Positions 54,201 through 64,000 of a stretch of 64,000 nt of DNA are shown here, piece by piece. The translations under genes were made by a program, and so were the position numbers. The notes beneath the pieces are model-generated. The model did no database searches. It was not told the DNA's origin and was given only the letters and a program-made list of their open reading frames with translations. The DNA is from Octopus vulgaris (Eukaryota): the NCBI GenBank assembly GCA_951406725.2, contig OX597823.1, positions 53,878,001 to 53,942,000 on the forward strand. Reading direction: 5' to 3'. Positions within the stretch are counted from its first letter, which is position 1, and each line of letters starts with the position of its first letter.

Positions 54201-57200
54201 TCAGGCCCAGTCAAATCTGGCAGTGTTTCTACGGCTGGATGCCCTTCCTAACGCCAACCACTCCGTGAGTGTAGTGGGTGCTTTTTACGTGCCACCCGCA
54301 CAGGTGCCAGACAGCTGGCAATGGACACGAACGGATGGTGCTTTTTACGTGCCACCGGCACAAGGCCAGTCGGGGCGGCGCTGGCAACGGTCGCGAAACA
54401 GAAGGTTCTCTTACATGCCACCGGCACTGGTGACACATCTGCAATTTCCATTGATCGATTTCGATTCTGATCATCACTTGCCTCAACAGGTCTTCACAAG
54501 TAGAGTTTCGACATGCCACCGGCACTGGTAACACATCTGCAATTTCCATTGATCGATTTCGATTCTGATCCTCACTTGCCTCAACAGGTCTTCACAAGTA
54601 GAGTTTTGTGTCCCAAGAAGGGAAGGTATGCATACGTAGGCTGGCTCCATCCCATGTAGAAGGCCACGGGTTATGGACTCACTTGTCCTGCTGGGTCTTC
54701 TCGCGCACAGCACACTTCCAGAGGTCTCGGTCTCTAGTCATTTCCTCAGTGAGACCTAAAGTTCGAAGGTCGTGCTTCACCACCTCGTCCCAGGTTTTCC
54801 TGGGTCTGCCTCTTCCGCAGGTTCCCTCAACCGCTAGGGTGTGGCACTTTTTCACACAACTATCTTCATCCATTCTCGCCACATGACCATACCAGCGCAA
54901 ACGTCTCTCTTGCACACCACAACTGATGCTTCTTAGGTCCAGCTTTTCTCTCAAGGTACTTACACTCTGCCGAGTATGAGTACTGACATTACACATCCAT
55001 CGGAGCATACTGGCTTCATTTCTTGCGAGCTTACGCATATCCTCAGCAGTCACGGCCCATGTTTCACTGCCATGTAGCATGGCTGTTCGTACACACGCAT
55101 CATACAGTCTGCCTTTCACTCTGTGCGAGAGGCCTTTTGTCACCAGCAGAGGTAAGAGCTCTCTGAACTTTGCCCAAGCTATTCTTACTCTAGCAGTTAC
55201 ACTTTAAGCACACCCGCCCCCGCTGCTGACTTGGTCACCTAGGTAACGGAAACTATCAACTATTTCTAGTTTTTCTCCCTGGAAAGTGACGGAAGTTGGT
55301 CTCAGAGCATTTTCAGTGTTTATTGTTCCTGAGCATCTGCCACATACAAAAACCATCTTCCTAGTTAGCCTTCCTTTGACATTGCTGCACCTCTTATGTG
55401 TCCATAGCTTACACTTGGTGCATCTTATAGAGTTTCTACCTACACCTTTTCTACAGATCGAGCAGGGCCATCTACCTGAAGGCGTTTGTGATTTGTCTAC
55501 CTTCCTACTGATTACGACTTTGGTTTTAGCTAGATTGACTCTGAGGCCCTTCGATTCTAATCCTTGTTTCCACACCTGAAACTTCTCCTCCAGTTCTGAT
55601 AGCGACTCAGTAATTAGAGCAAGGTCATCAGCATAGAGGAGCTCCCAGGGGCATCCTGTCTTGAATTCCTCCGTTATTGCCTGGAGGACTATGATAAATA
55701 GGAGGGGGCTGAGGACTGAGCCTTGGTGGACCCCTACCTCTACCCGGAATTCTTCACTGTACTCCTTGCCAACCCTCACCTTACTAGCAGCGTCCCTATA
55801 CATTGCCCGCACAGCTCTCACTAACCATTCATCTATCCCTAGTTTCCTCATTGACCACCAGATAAGGGATCGGGGGACCCTGTCGAAGGCTTTCTCCATG
55901 TCAACAAAAGCCAGGTACAGGGGCTTATCTTTGGCTAGGTATTTCTCCTGCAGTTGCCTTACCAGGAATATAGCATCAGTAGTACTTTTCCCTGGCACAA
56001 ACCCAAACTGCATCTCATCTAAACTAATTAGTTGGGCTATGACCCTCTCCGTAACCTTCATCACCTGATCCAACAGCTTGATACCTCTGTAGTTATTTGT
56101 ATGTAGGGTGTCACCTTTACCTTTGTAGCAGTTGACTATTATGCTGCTACACCAGTCATTGGGTATGACTCCTTTGTGTATCACCTGATTAACTATACGG
56201 GTGACTAGGCTATAGCCGACACTACCAGACATTTTGAGCATCTCTGCAGTGATTCCTAATGGGCCTGGGGCTTTCCCTATCTTCATGCTTCTAATTGCCT
56301 TAGCTACCACGGAACTATCAACTCGGATAGCTGGTCCCTCTGTTGGGTCAACATTCGGCAGACTCTCTTTATCCCATTCATTTTCTTTATTCAGCAACCT
56401 TTCATAGTGGCATCTCCAAACCTCTCTCTTTGCATCCTCATTTAGCGCAAGTGAACCATCTTCCATGCGAACACACTTCTCTCCTACCACATCACGATTC
56501 TCTCTCACACACTGTCTTACAACACGAAACACCTCAAGTCTTTGGTCCTCACGGCGCAGAACATTGGCAAATTTTTTCTTATCTGCTTCCCCTCTGGCTA
56601 AATAAACCTGTCTCCTAGCTTCTCTTTTGGCAGTCTGATACAATTCCCTGCTACCCCCATTTTTCCAGACCTTCCAAGCCTGTCTCTTTTCTCTAATAGC
56701 CCTGTCTACAATATTGTTCCACCACCACGTTATTCTAGGTTGAGAGGGGACTTTGCACCAGCCACAGATCTGGTCAGTGGCTCTCAGCAGGTTGTCCCTT
56801 AGAAACGTCCAGTTGTCTTCTACCCCCTGTGATGCTCTATCCCCTTCTACTTCGTCAAAGGCTTCAAGTAATATGTCCCTAAATCTCTGTCCATTTGCAG
56901 GATCTTTAAGCTTCCAGATCCTTCTTCTCCATATTGGTCGTCTTCTGGTTGTCCTCCTAGTCCTGATCCTAAAGTCACTAACTACCAGTCTATGTTGTGG
57001 GGTACATTCTTCACCTGGGAAGGTTTTGGCATTTATAAGCAGCCATCTCTCCCTTTGCCTTGCAAGGATGTAGTCAATTTGGCTGGTATGTTGGCCCGAT
57101 CAGTAAGTGACTAGGTGGCTGGTAGGTTTCCTGAAGTTAATGTTGCAAATCATAAGATTATTTGCATCGCAGAACTCCAGCAGCCTGGTTCCCTCCTCGT

Positions 57201-59009
57201 TGCGGGAGCCATAGCCATAGCCTCCATGTACGCCATGGAAGGCCCCAGCATGTCGTCCAACGTGACCATTGAAGTCACCAGCCACAAAGATAAGGTCTCT
57301 GTCGTTCGTCAACGAGGTAGTCTGCAGTAGAATGTCATAGAATCGGTCTTTCTGTCCATCGGGTAGCCCCGACTGAGGAGCATAGGCTGATATAATGGTT
57401 GCTAAACTATGATGAAGCACTAATCTAATCTTAAGTATTCTGTCACATACTCTGATTACCTCAATTACTTTATCTACCCATTTCTCAGCGATAAGTATAC
57501 CCACGCCACCAACCCCGTCAGTGTTCCCTGCCCAGAAAATCTTGTACCTGCATTCCTTGCCTGTGAGGAACCTAGCTGATCCTCCTCTCCACCTTATTTC
57601 TTGCATGCAACATATATCCACACATCTCCGTTCAAGCATCTCGACTATCTCACCAGACCTACCTTTCAGTGTGCCAACCCTGAGGGTGTGGGAGGCATGG
57701 GCTCTAGAGACCCTGGGACGGTGTACCTGAAAAGAAAGCTCGCATTTGGCAGAATTCATGTGCAAGTAATGAAGTAGTAAAGTAGCCTTCAGTACAACCT
57801 GCATAACACTAGCCTTTCATATTTTGCACTGTATGAACATTACCTTACATAGGTCAAGACTAGGGGGTAGGGATGGTGAAAGAGCATTTGCAGTCTTCAT
57901 GGGAAGCAACCCTGGGATGGCAAAGAATAGGAACTTCCGGTATGTGTGGAGGGGGTGGGAGGGCAGGTGCACCGTAACTTAGTAAGAGGTTCTGTTAATC
58001 GTGTGAGTTAGAAAATGGGTTTGAAAAATCAGAGGGAATAATCATTATTGATAACTAATATAACGCTGTAGCTTAGTAAGAGGTTCTGTTAATCGTGTGA
58101 GCTAGCAAATGGGTTTGAAAAATCAGAGTGGCTATGAACCGGGAGACAAGACTAAACGAAAAAAAAAAAAAAAAAAAAAGGTTTTTATAAATTCAAACTG
58201 TGTGTGTATGTATGTATGTTTGTATGCATATATATGTGTATTATACACACACGTTTAACAGCTAATAACTCAATTTTCATTCTCTTTCACATTTAATCCA
58301 TTAAAAATAATAAAGGGAACCAGACTAGACTTTGAACAAAGAAAATTTACCCTAAAATATTACTGGAAATTTGAAAACAGCCAAAGTGCAAAGAAAGTTT
58401 GGAAGGGAGTTTCAATCAGATCCACTTTTGTAGCTTAACCTCACTCAAATAAGAGAGAAATTTGAAGCTGATGAAATTGTTTAGAATGTCTACAAGAAAT
58501 TTTTCTATAAGATTAATGAGCCCCACAAAGCAAAAAAGGTTACTAGAAATATATTACCAGAGTTTAAGAATACCTATACACAAGCAAACTGTGAGACAGG
58601 AATTTCAAAATCAAGTATCCATCACATTTTGAAGTGTTGTCATTAGAAAAATGGCACCTTGGGCAAGTGTCTTCTACTATAGCCTCGGGCTGATCAAAGC
58701 CTTGTGAGTGGGTTTGGTAGAGGGAAACTGAAAGAAGCCTGTCATATTGGAAGTCACTTGACCCTGTTATCTCCCCTACTGTCCCTCTCGCGTCTGACCA
58801 CTGTCCGAAGTCAGGACGCCATGATAGATCGTTAGCTCCTACACGCATTTTTTTCTCTCCTTGTTTTTTTCTGTGTATCTTTCTGTCGAAGAGCGTAGGC
58901 TCGAAACATAAAAGACTTTCTCTATTTCTATTCCTGAGCACTATACTAATACATTTGTTTGTTTGTACTCCACCTGCCTTTGTCTTTTGTTTATTTTCGT
59001 AAACTTTCC

Positions 59010-59071
<62 letters not shown>

Positions 59072-62000
59072 ATGTGTTTGTCCCCCCAACATTGCTTGAC
59101 AACCAATGCTGGTGTGTTTATGTCCCTGTAACTTAGCGGTTCGGCAAAAGAGACCGACAGAATAAGTAATAGGCTTACAAAGAATAAATCCTGGGAGCCG
59201 ATTTGCTCAACTAAAGGCGGTGCTCCAGCATGGCCAGAATCAAATGACTGAAACAAGTAAAAGAGTAAGAGATGTCAACTCTACAAGTCACTTGAAAACA
59301 ATCCTATATCCTATATACTGAAGCAAAAAATTGAAACAAGGTTGAGGAGACTCTTTTATCCTGTAACAGACAACTGATCTACTTGCCAGCTGCATGATAA
59401 TAGCACCTGATCCATACTGTAGAGTAGTCAATGTTATAAAAAGTTGCTTGCCACAAAAAAACATTCAAGAAAAACTACGACACATACAAGTGATTTATAA
59501 TTTTTTTTCTTACTGTTTGAGCCAGATGACAGAGTATTGTGACAACCCATGCTAGCATAGAAAAATTATGGTGATGATATAATCTGACACTTTGGTTATT
59601 TTCATAAATCTTTCCTTGTAAAAGCACAGCTTTAAACTGGTTGTTCTGATATTGAAGTGGTAAATAAAATACTCATAATAAAACTAAGTTATCTTACTCA
59701 AAACACTCCTTGTTACATTTTACAGCATGTGAAATGGTTTGATTTTGAAACATTTCTTAGTTATCTGCAAGTGCCAAAAACATAAATCAAAGAATACTTC
59801 AAGAATAGCCAAAACAATATTGGTTGTGGAATCTGTTACATCAAAACCAATGAAAATTAGATACTTCTCAGATGATTTGAACAGAATGTGAAAAATTATA
59901 ATTTTTTTTTTTGAAGTTTTGTAAAAAAAAAAATAAATATTTACCTTTTGACAATACCATGAAATTTTTCACATATATCAAAAACATCATCCTCTGTTTT
60001 GCCAGTTGCTGAATCTAGCAACAAAGCACCAATTGCTTCATATATATCATCAGCTGTATCAAAATCATCAGCAGAATCTTCAATAATTCCTAAAAAAGAG
60101 AATAAATATACATCTTTAAGGATCTTTACTTTCATTGCACAACTGTGACATCTACCATAATAACTCAATTCTTTGTTAGATATCTTGTCAATTCTTTACT
60201 TCTTTCCATATATGATCCAACTCTTAACCCGCTAACATTCAGATCATTCTGTCAAATGTAATGCATAATTATTCACATTATTTTGAATCAATCAGGCATT
60301 ATCTCATAACTTTGAGACATCAATGATGTAGTTGTATATTTTTAGAATAACATTATAGTGTGAGAGAGGCCAGATCTGGCCAGATTGCACATAAAACAGG
60401 ATTTGGCCAGTTTAGATTACTAAAGGGTTAAGAAATCTAATTTTTGACAATATTAGTGTTCTGGTTCAATTTTTTCTCTCATTCTGATTTAAAAAGGACT
60501 TTTGATTTTGAATCCATATGCTCAAAGCAATATGAATTAATAGTATGTTCCATGCTTGTCTTTTGATTATTGAAAATGTTCATTTTAATAAATGGCTAAA
60601 TAGGATATAAAAGTAAATATATCAAGTTTATAAGTAAGAAAATGAATAGAATATGCAAGCCAATGGCTAAAAAACCTGAAGAAATGAAAGAAAATAATTA
60701 TTTTTTAAAGTTACCCACTTAATTAGTTCATTACATTTCACAATTTCACTTGAAACCACTTTCACTGTTTAGTACACGTCAATATCTTTTGGGTTTCATA
60801 CGCATATGACAAAAACATTTTTTTTTTAAATTCCTAAGTTTCATAACTATTTAAAAAGATAATCTAATATTTTATGCTTCTTTTATTTGATTCGGAGTGT
60901 AATAAATGGCCTAACAGAGTCCCAACTGAGGTTTTGATAAGCATTGAATGTGTTCGCAAAGGCTAAACTCTTTATGAATACCAATACCAGCCATTCACAA
61001 TACAACACTTTTCCGACAAAGCCTACCAACCCAATTAAGTCACTCAGATGATGGCATCGCAGGTGTCAAAAGATCAGCTAACATTTTTTTTTCTTAGAAT
61101 AGGAAATATATAATGTACTCTCTTCCTATACTAAATTATAAGAGAATACGATCAGTTCAATATTGAACTACTTTCCAGTTTGTTTAACGATTTATGTATT
61201 TTTATGTTGTATAAACATCTAATTATACACAAACAGAGATCCAGACAAACTTAAGCCCTTTCAGCTGGTCAAAATCCCTCTCGAAAGGAAGTGAAATACA
61301 CGTTCATTGTTTTTACCAACCGGCATGACGCCGTCAAACAACTAGGAACGGTTTTCATTGTCAGACTTTTCAATTCTATCGTATTATCATAACACATTCA
61401 TAAAAAGAGAAAAAAATCTCTTAGTTTTAGATACTTAACTTGAGAAGTGTCATCAAATATAAGAGAGACAGGATGTGTAGTTAAAGAACAACGATAATTT
61501 ATACGGTCTAAGAATTACGAATTGATTGGCAGTCTTGATAAGTGTTGAATGATATAATGAGTGGAAGTGATAGAAAGCACCTAACGTAAGAATGGTATGG
61601 AATAAGATAGATATACTGTCAAGCACAAGCTAGTGATAGTAGTTCATGAACCAAGCACAATAGAAGCGATTATGGATAGAGTTTTCGGAAGAACGGAAAA
61701 TCATTCACCAGAGACATATGAATACTCTCACATGATTACACATACATTTTTAAGCACAAACAAATAAAAAAAAAATCTTTCGTCAGCGTATTAGTGTCGA
61801 ATTAAAAAGAGTTCTAATTAAAGAAATAAATTAAGAACACGTGGCGGCTCAATAAAAAAAAATAAGTTGTAGAAACTTGTGATAAGTAAACAATGGTTGA
61901 TTTGTAAAGTGTTCGTATTACTAGATTTTATTCAGTGTTCGTTAGTTATACAACCTTGCATAATATTATAAATATTGCTTAAAGTATCAGTAAAATATGG

Positions 62001-62385
62001 TTGATTACCGAACGAAACTCAGAGAAAACGGTATCCGGATTAAGATAAATAAAACGAAATACATTGAATTTTAAGTCGTGGGAAATTAGACAAGTATTGT
62101 AAAGCCAAATGTGTAGGGTACATTCGATGCAACAAGATAGAATAGAAATCAATATCAAAACTTCTGAGAACCAAATGACAGATGTGCGGGGATTTCAAAA
62201 CTGAAATAAATACAACTTTAGCACCATCTCTATTTGTTTCTGTTTTCAAAACGATTGTATAGTACATCAATTTTTAACCTGGGAATTATACCAATACACT
62301 CACCGGTGACATAATTCGATATTTGAGGGTCAATATCTGGGAATAAAGACCCGAGAAGCTCAACACAACTAGTCGGGGCGGCCAT
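21156..62385 (-). CDS. ABCF3: ATP-binding cassette subfamily F member 3 (GCN20-like), 19 coding exons, 714 aa
   Basis: Exons spliced by hand sum to 2145 nt with matching phases. Two NBDs (GRNGLGKT / FSGGW / LLLLDEPTN and GENGAGKT / LSGGQ / FILDEPTN), linker HIQVFIDRFRYNANRASQVQSKLK, no transmembrane domains; closely matches recalled human ABCF3. Confidence 0.96.
22978..23353 (+). mobile_element. 3'-UTR fragment of the 54 kb RTE family (representative copy)
   Basis: Shares GTGGCACGTAAAAAGCACC units, AAGGGCATCCAGC...CCCATGCTAGCATGGAAA and (GAT)n tail. Similar fragments near 23.6, 23.9-24.3, 25.1-25.5, 28.9-29.1, 29.8, 33.2, 37.4, 39.5, 41.6, 46.5, 48.3-48.7 and 53.7 kb. Confidence 0.8.
24772..24859 (-). 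CDS. ABCF3: ABCF3 exon 18 ([29 protein letters not shown])
   Basis: CAG/GTAAGT, 88 nt. Confidence 0.96.
26340..26472 (-). CDS. ABCF3: ABCF3 exon 17 (...SLSGGQKSRVAFA)
   Basis: CAG/GTAAT, 133 nt. Confidence 0.95.
26503..26730 (+). mobile_element. piggyBac-type MITE family 2
   Basis: Colinear with 28023-28251, TTAA at both ends. Confidence 0.82.
28023..28251 (+). mobile_element. piggyBac-type MITE family 2
   Basis: TTAA-CCCTTTCGTTAC...GTAACAAAAGGG-TTAA; inserted into a SINE tail. Confidence 0.85.
28374..28554 (-). CDS. ABCF3: ABCF3 exon 16, NBD2 Walker A (VGENGAGKTT...YFSQHHV)
   Basis: CAG/GTAAG, 181 nt. Confidence 0.96.
30287..30416 (-). CDS. ABCF3: ABCF3 exon 15 (FPECNKLSPPILQLDEVTFYY...SRICI)
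   Basis: TAG/GTAAGT, 130 nt. Confidence 0.95.
32569..32778. mobile_element. piggyBac-type MITE
   Basis: TTAA TSDs, perfect 12-bp TIR CCCCTTGCAGAC; nested in another TTAA-type MITE. Confidence 0.85.
32869..32913 (-). CDS. ABCF3: ABCF3 exon 14 (PELKPVAKESEVIL)
   Basis: TAG/GTAAG, 45 nt. Confidence 0.93.
33613..33689 (-). CDS. ABCF3: ABCF3 exon 13 (VFIDRFRYNANRASQVQSKLKLLEK)
   Basis: CAG/GTAAGT, 77 nt. Confidence 0.95.
35911..36111 (-). CDS. ABCF3: ABCF3 exon 12 (TWTSTILVVSHDRQFLN...YREHIQ), GC donor
   Basis: TAG acceptor, 201 nt, H-loop SHDR; ends CAG|GCATGT. Confidence 0.92.
36632..36687 (-). CDS. ABCF3: ABCF3 exon 11 (EPTNMLDMKAIIWLEDYLQ)
   Basis: CAG/GTAGT, 56 nt. Confidence 0.95.
37778..37800 (-). 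CDS. ABCF3: ABCF3 exon 10, 23-nt micro-exon, Walker B (PDLLLLD)
   Basis: TAG/GTATGT; needed to join exons 9 and 11 in frame. Confidence 0.93.
37959..38169 (-). mobile_element. piggyBac-type MITE family 2, inverted copy
   Basis: Reverse complement of 28023-28251 with a small deletion, TTAA ends. Confidence 0.82.
39343..39399 (-). CDS. ABCF3: ABCF3 exon 9, signature motif (EFSGGWRMRLALARALFS)
   Basis: TAG/GTAAG, 57 nt. Confidence 0.95.
40360..40506 (-). CDS. ABCF3: ABCF3 exon 8 (...IDADKAPAKAAVILAGLGFTPKMQ)
   Basis: CAG/GTTTGT, 147 nt. Confidence 0.93.
40783..40974. mobile_element. pogo/Tc2-type MITE (representative)
   Basis: TA-CCATGTTTTCTGATATACAAGTC...GACTTGTATGTTAGGAAATATGG-TA; relatives near 20.5, 38.2 and 52.4 kb share GGACCAAAAATTCCATG. 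Confidence 0.7.
42978..43142 (-). CDS. ABCF3: ABCF3 exon 7 (LKIPSHITILHVEQEVVGDET...)
   Basis: CAG/GTATGT, 165 nt, Q-loop. Confidence 0.95.
44336..44440 (-). CDS. ABCF3: ABCF3 exon 6, NBD1 Walker A (YGRRYGFVGRNGLGKTT)
   Basis: CAG/GTAAG, 105 nt. Confidence 0.95.
45600..45722 (-). CDS. ABCF3: ABCF3 exon 5 (...SYDIRIENFDVSYGEK)
   Basis: TAG/GTTAGT, 123 nt, IENFDVS motif. Confidence 0.92.
47725..48238 (-). mobile_element. RTE-like LINE fragment of the same family as 6628-7417, with 5' inversion
   Basis: 47725-48045 matches the 3' end on minus; about 48046-48238 encodes upstream RT (FGLVISLKKT...KFTYLGST) on plus. Confidence 0.85.
49208..49308 (-). CDS. ABCF3: ABCF3 exon 4 (QVDQKKLEKAEAKLQKKNEKR...)
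   Basis: CAG/GTAAG, 101 nt, VDxKKLEKAEA motif. Confidence 0.92.
49953..50340 (+). mobile_element. Young family A SINE nested in an older family A copy (49910-50700)
   Basis: ATGGT duplicated at 49948-49952 and 50341-50345; the host copy resumes after the insert. Confidence 0.85.
52696..52828 (-). CDS. ABCF3: ABCF3 exon 3 (SQSSDTMEHKVLNSPIQIG...SIWLTKKENVS)
   Basis: CAG/GTAAG, 133 nt open, phases fit both neighbours. Confidence 0.85.
53320..53645 (+). mobile_element. CR1-type LINE 3' fragment
   Basis: Translates RLRGHSEKL...FSVRVADPWNKLP...FKVSLD, typical of the CR1 ORF2 C-terminus. Confidence 0.75.
54115..58157 (-). mobile_element. Near full-length RTE-type non-LTR retrotransposon (APE endonuclease, RT, PHD-like finger) in ABCF3 intron 2
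   Basis: One reading frame from about 57760 to 54679, broken only by stops at 57100 and 55204; motifs QEIRW, SAYAPQ, GDFNGHVG, QIDYI, QFGF, GVHQGSVLSP, YADD; (GAT)n tail; 5' boundary approximate. Confidence 0.92.
58310..58650 (+). pseudogene. Tc1-like transposase N-terminal relic (DUF4817-like HTH)
   Basis: Fragments KYYWKFEN, KVQRKFGREFQSDP, TQIREKFEAD with frameshifts. Confidence 0.5.
58746..59012 (+). mobile_element. Probable Penelope-like element terminal fragment carrying a hammerhead-like motif, inserted in the (TA)n of a SINE
   Basis: Homologous fragments at about 2670-2850, 7445-7637, 8462-8600 and 53960-54110; GAAGAGC-loop-GCTCGAAAC motif. Confidence 0.6.
59945..60089 (-). CDS. ABCF3: ABCF3 exon 2 (IIEDSADDFDTADDIYEAIGALL...)
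   Basis: AG/GTAA boundaries, 145 nt, resembles the ABCF3 N-terminal domain. Confidence 0.92.
60224..60431. mobile_element. piggyBac-type MITE family 3 (representative)
   Basis: TTAACCC...AAAGGGTTAA. Related copies near 23.5, 23.8-24.4, 30.1, 32.1-32.8, 40.6, 43.3 and 46.3 kb share the CAAATGTAATGC core or the GGCCAGATCTGGCC arm. Confidence 0.75.
62304..62385 (-). CDS. ABCF3: ABCF3 coding exon 1 (MAAPTSCVELLGSLFPDIDPQISNYVT-G)
   Basis: AAAATGGCC start context, donor GTGAGT, 82 nt, phase fits exon 2. Confidence 0.85.
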
Positions 62386-62640
62386 TTTAGAACTTTTTGT
62401 ATTCTCATTAGTCGGTCTGCATTACTTGCCCTTGTCTTTCACATACTCTCAGCTGATGCTGCCAGCTCGGAGATAATGTCTCAGCCAAAATAACGACCCA
62501 TTTAGGAATAGCAGAGCCTAGTTTGAAAAAATAAATTTTTCACAACCATCGGAGAGCTTCACGCTCCTCATGAACGCGAGTTCATGAGATAGTTGTGATC
62601 TGTAAACAGTTTTGAGTAGAAACCGGAAAGAGAGGTATGA
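62386..62640. promoter_or_regulatory. ABCF3 5'UTR / promoter region
   Basis: Locally CpG-richer, repeat-free DNA upstream of the ATG; YY1-like GCCATTTT over the start codon; ETS-like CCGGAA at 62623. Confidence 0.55.
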
Positions 62641-64000
62641 ATACGCAACACGCAGCTATTTAAAAAAATGCATCAAATTTTCTAAATGTGTGAGATTTTT
62701 TAACCATAAACCTGATTTTTCAGTATTACAGTTCCTTTTTTTTACTTTCATTTTCTTTCAAAACACATGAGCAGAAAGAAGTGAACATTCACATTAATCT
62801 AATGTACATCACAAAAAGTAGAAATACCCAGTTAATAGTTTAACAAATACCAAATAACAAAGATTTGCAGTGTTTCTATATGAATAAATGAAATGACAAC
62901 TCAATTTTTACTTTTCTCAGTTTTAAAGAATCTATACTCCCTTCTAGATTTACCCAGTTTTAAACAAGTATATATTAAAAAAATGACAACAAAAGATTTA
63001 GAAAATTCCTTCAGAAGAGACAGCAATCAGAGGAAAAGGTGTAGTTTCAAATCCAGTGGAAAACAATATTGCCAGTTAATGGAGTAAATTCAAATGACAC
63101 TTTCTGGTCCAAATTCATTCTTACCCTATTGTCAAGATTCTATGGTTCAATGAAGACTTCAGAAAATTATATTTCCATGCAGACTGCTTTAACTCTGCTT
63201 TCATAAATACATAAGTATCTATATCTTGGGACGGTCATTTTGCCAGTAAACACATGCACTATCTTTTTGATCTTCTCTTTAGTTTTGTTATTATTATTTT
63301 ATCTGTCACACTTCTTTCATTACACATTCTGTGACCTCTTCAATGACTATTTGTTTTTTGTGTCACCTCTTCTCTCTGGTCTTGTCCTGTCTATTCCATC
63401 TTGTCTTTCTCAAGAACAGATTGTGTTGACCAAAATTGGAGAAAATATCATAATGTAAGGATATTAACAGAAAATTTATCATGAAAAATACATCATGCAC
63501 AACTATGTTTTCTTATCTCTTCCATTCCATGTTCTTCTGTTTTGATGTTTTAGAACAATTTGATATGTTTCAAGAAATACATTTAATGGATATTTAAAAG
63601 TAAAAATTAAAAACTATCTTTTAAATTTATTTGCCAGCAATTTATAAAGATAAGTATTTTTCATCTGAAATTTCTTAATTTTTTAAAATTGTAATTTTCA
63701 TTGAATTTTTACAAGTAATTAACAAATAATAATTAATTGTAAGTTATTCAGACATTAAAAAAAAAAAGAAAGAATCTTCTTTTATAAAACTGATATTCCT
63801 TTTATAAGCATCATCATCAACATCTCACCACCATCATTTTATGTACGTTTTCTGTGTAGGCATGGTTTGAAAAGCTCTGTTCCCGCTGAGTGTCTCTCAC
63901 TTACTATGGTCTCTCATCTGGCATGCAAAGCAACAAAGAAAATTTTTTTGTTATACATGTCAAGTTTTCGGGTGTTTTTTTTTTATGACTGATTACTCCT

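Noticed and set aside
55286-57730. Plus-strand ORFs overlapping the LINE
   Set aside because: Antisense shadows of the LINE ORF.
58564-59256. 230-aa ORF
   Set aside because: Chance read-through of SINE, (TA)n and the inserted repeat.

Overview
AT-rich, repeat-dense animal genomic DNA, most likely Octopus (inferred from the SINE families and microsatellite load, not verified by search). The one host gene I can support is a complete ABCF3 (GCN20-type ABC-F ATPase) on the minus strand. It has 19 coding exons from ATG 62385 to stop 21156 (2145 nt, 714 aa), hand-assembled with consistent splice phases, including a GC-AG intron and a 23-nt Walker B micro-exon. The rest is mainly transposable elements: a near-intact ~4 kb RTE-type LINE (APE-RT-PHD-like finger, two nonsense codons) in intron 2 with many 3'-end fragments, a second RTE family (one copy 5'-inverted), CR1, mariner, hAT, piggyBac, Helitron and pogo-type relics or MITEs, three tRNA-SINE families, and many microsatellites that explain most short ORFs in the track. 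The most interesting unexplained signals are minimal hammerhead-ribozyme-like motifs in probable Penelope-derived repeats, inverted MITEs closely bracketing exons 10-16, long intronic hairpins, and a possible divergent transcript. I see no convincing wholly new multi-gene system. All family assignments are from recalled motifs, not database hits.
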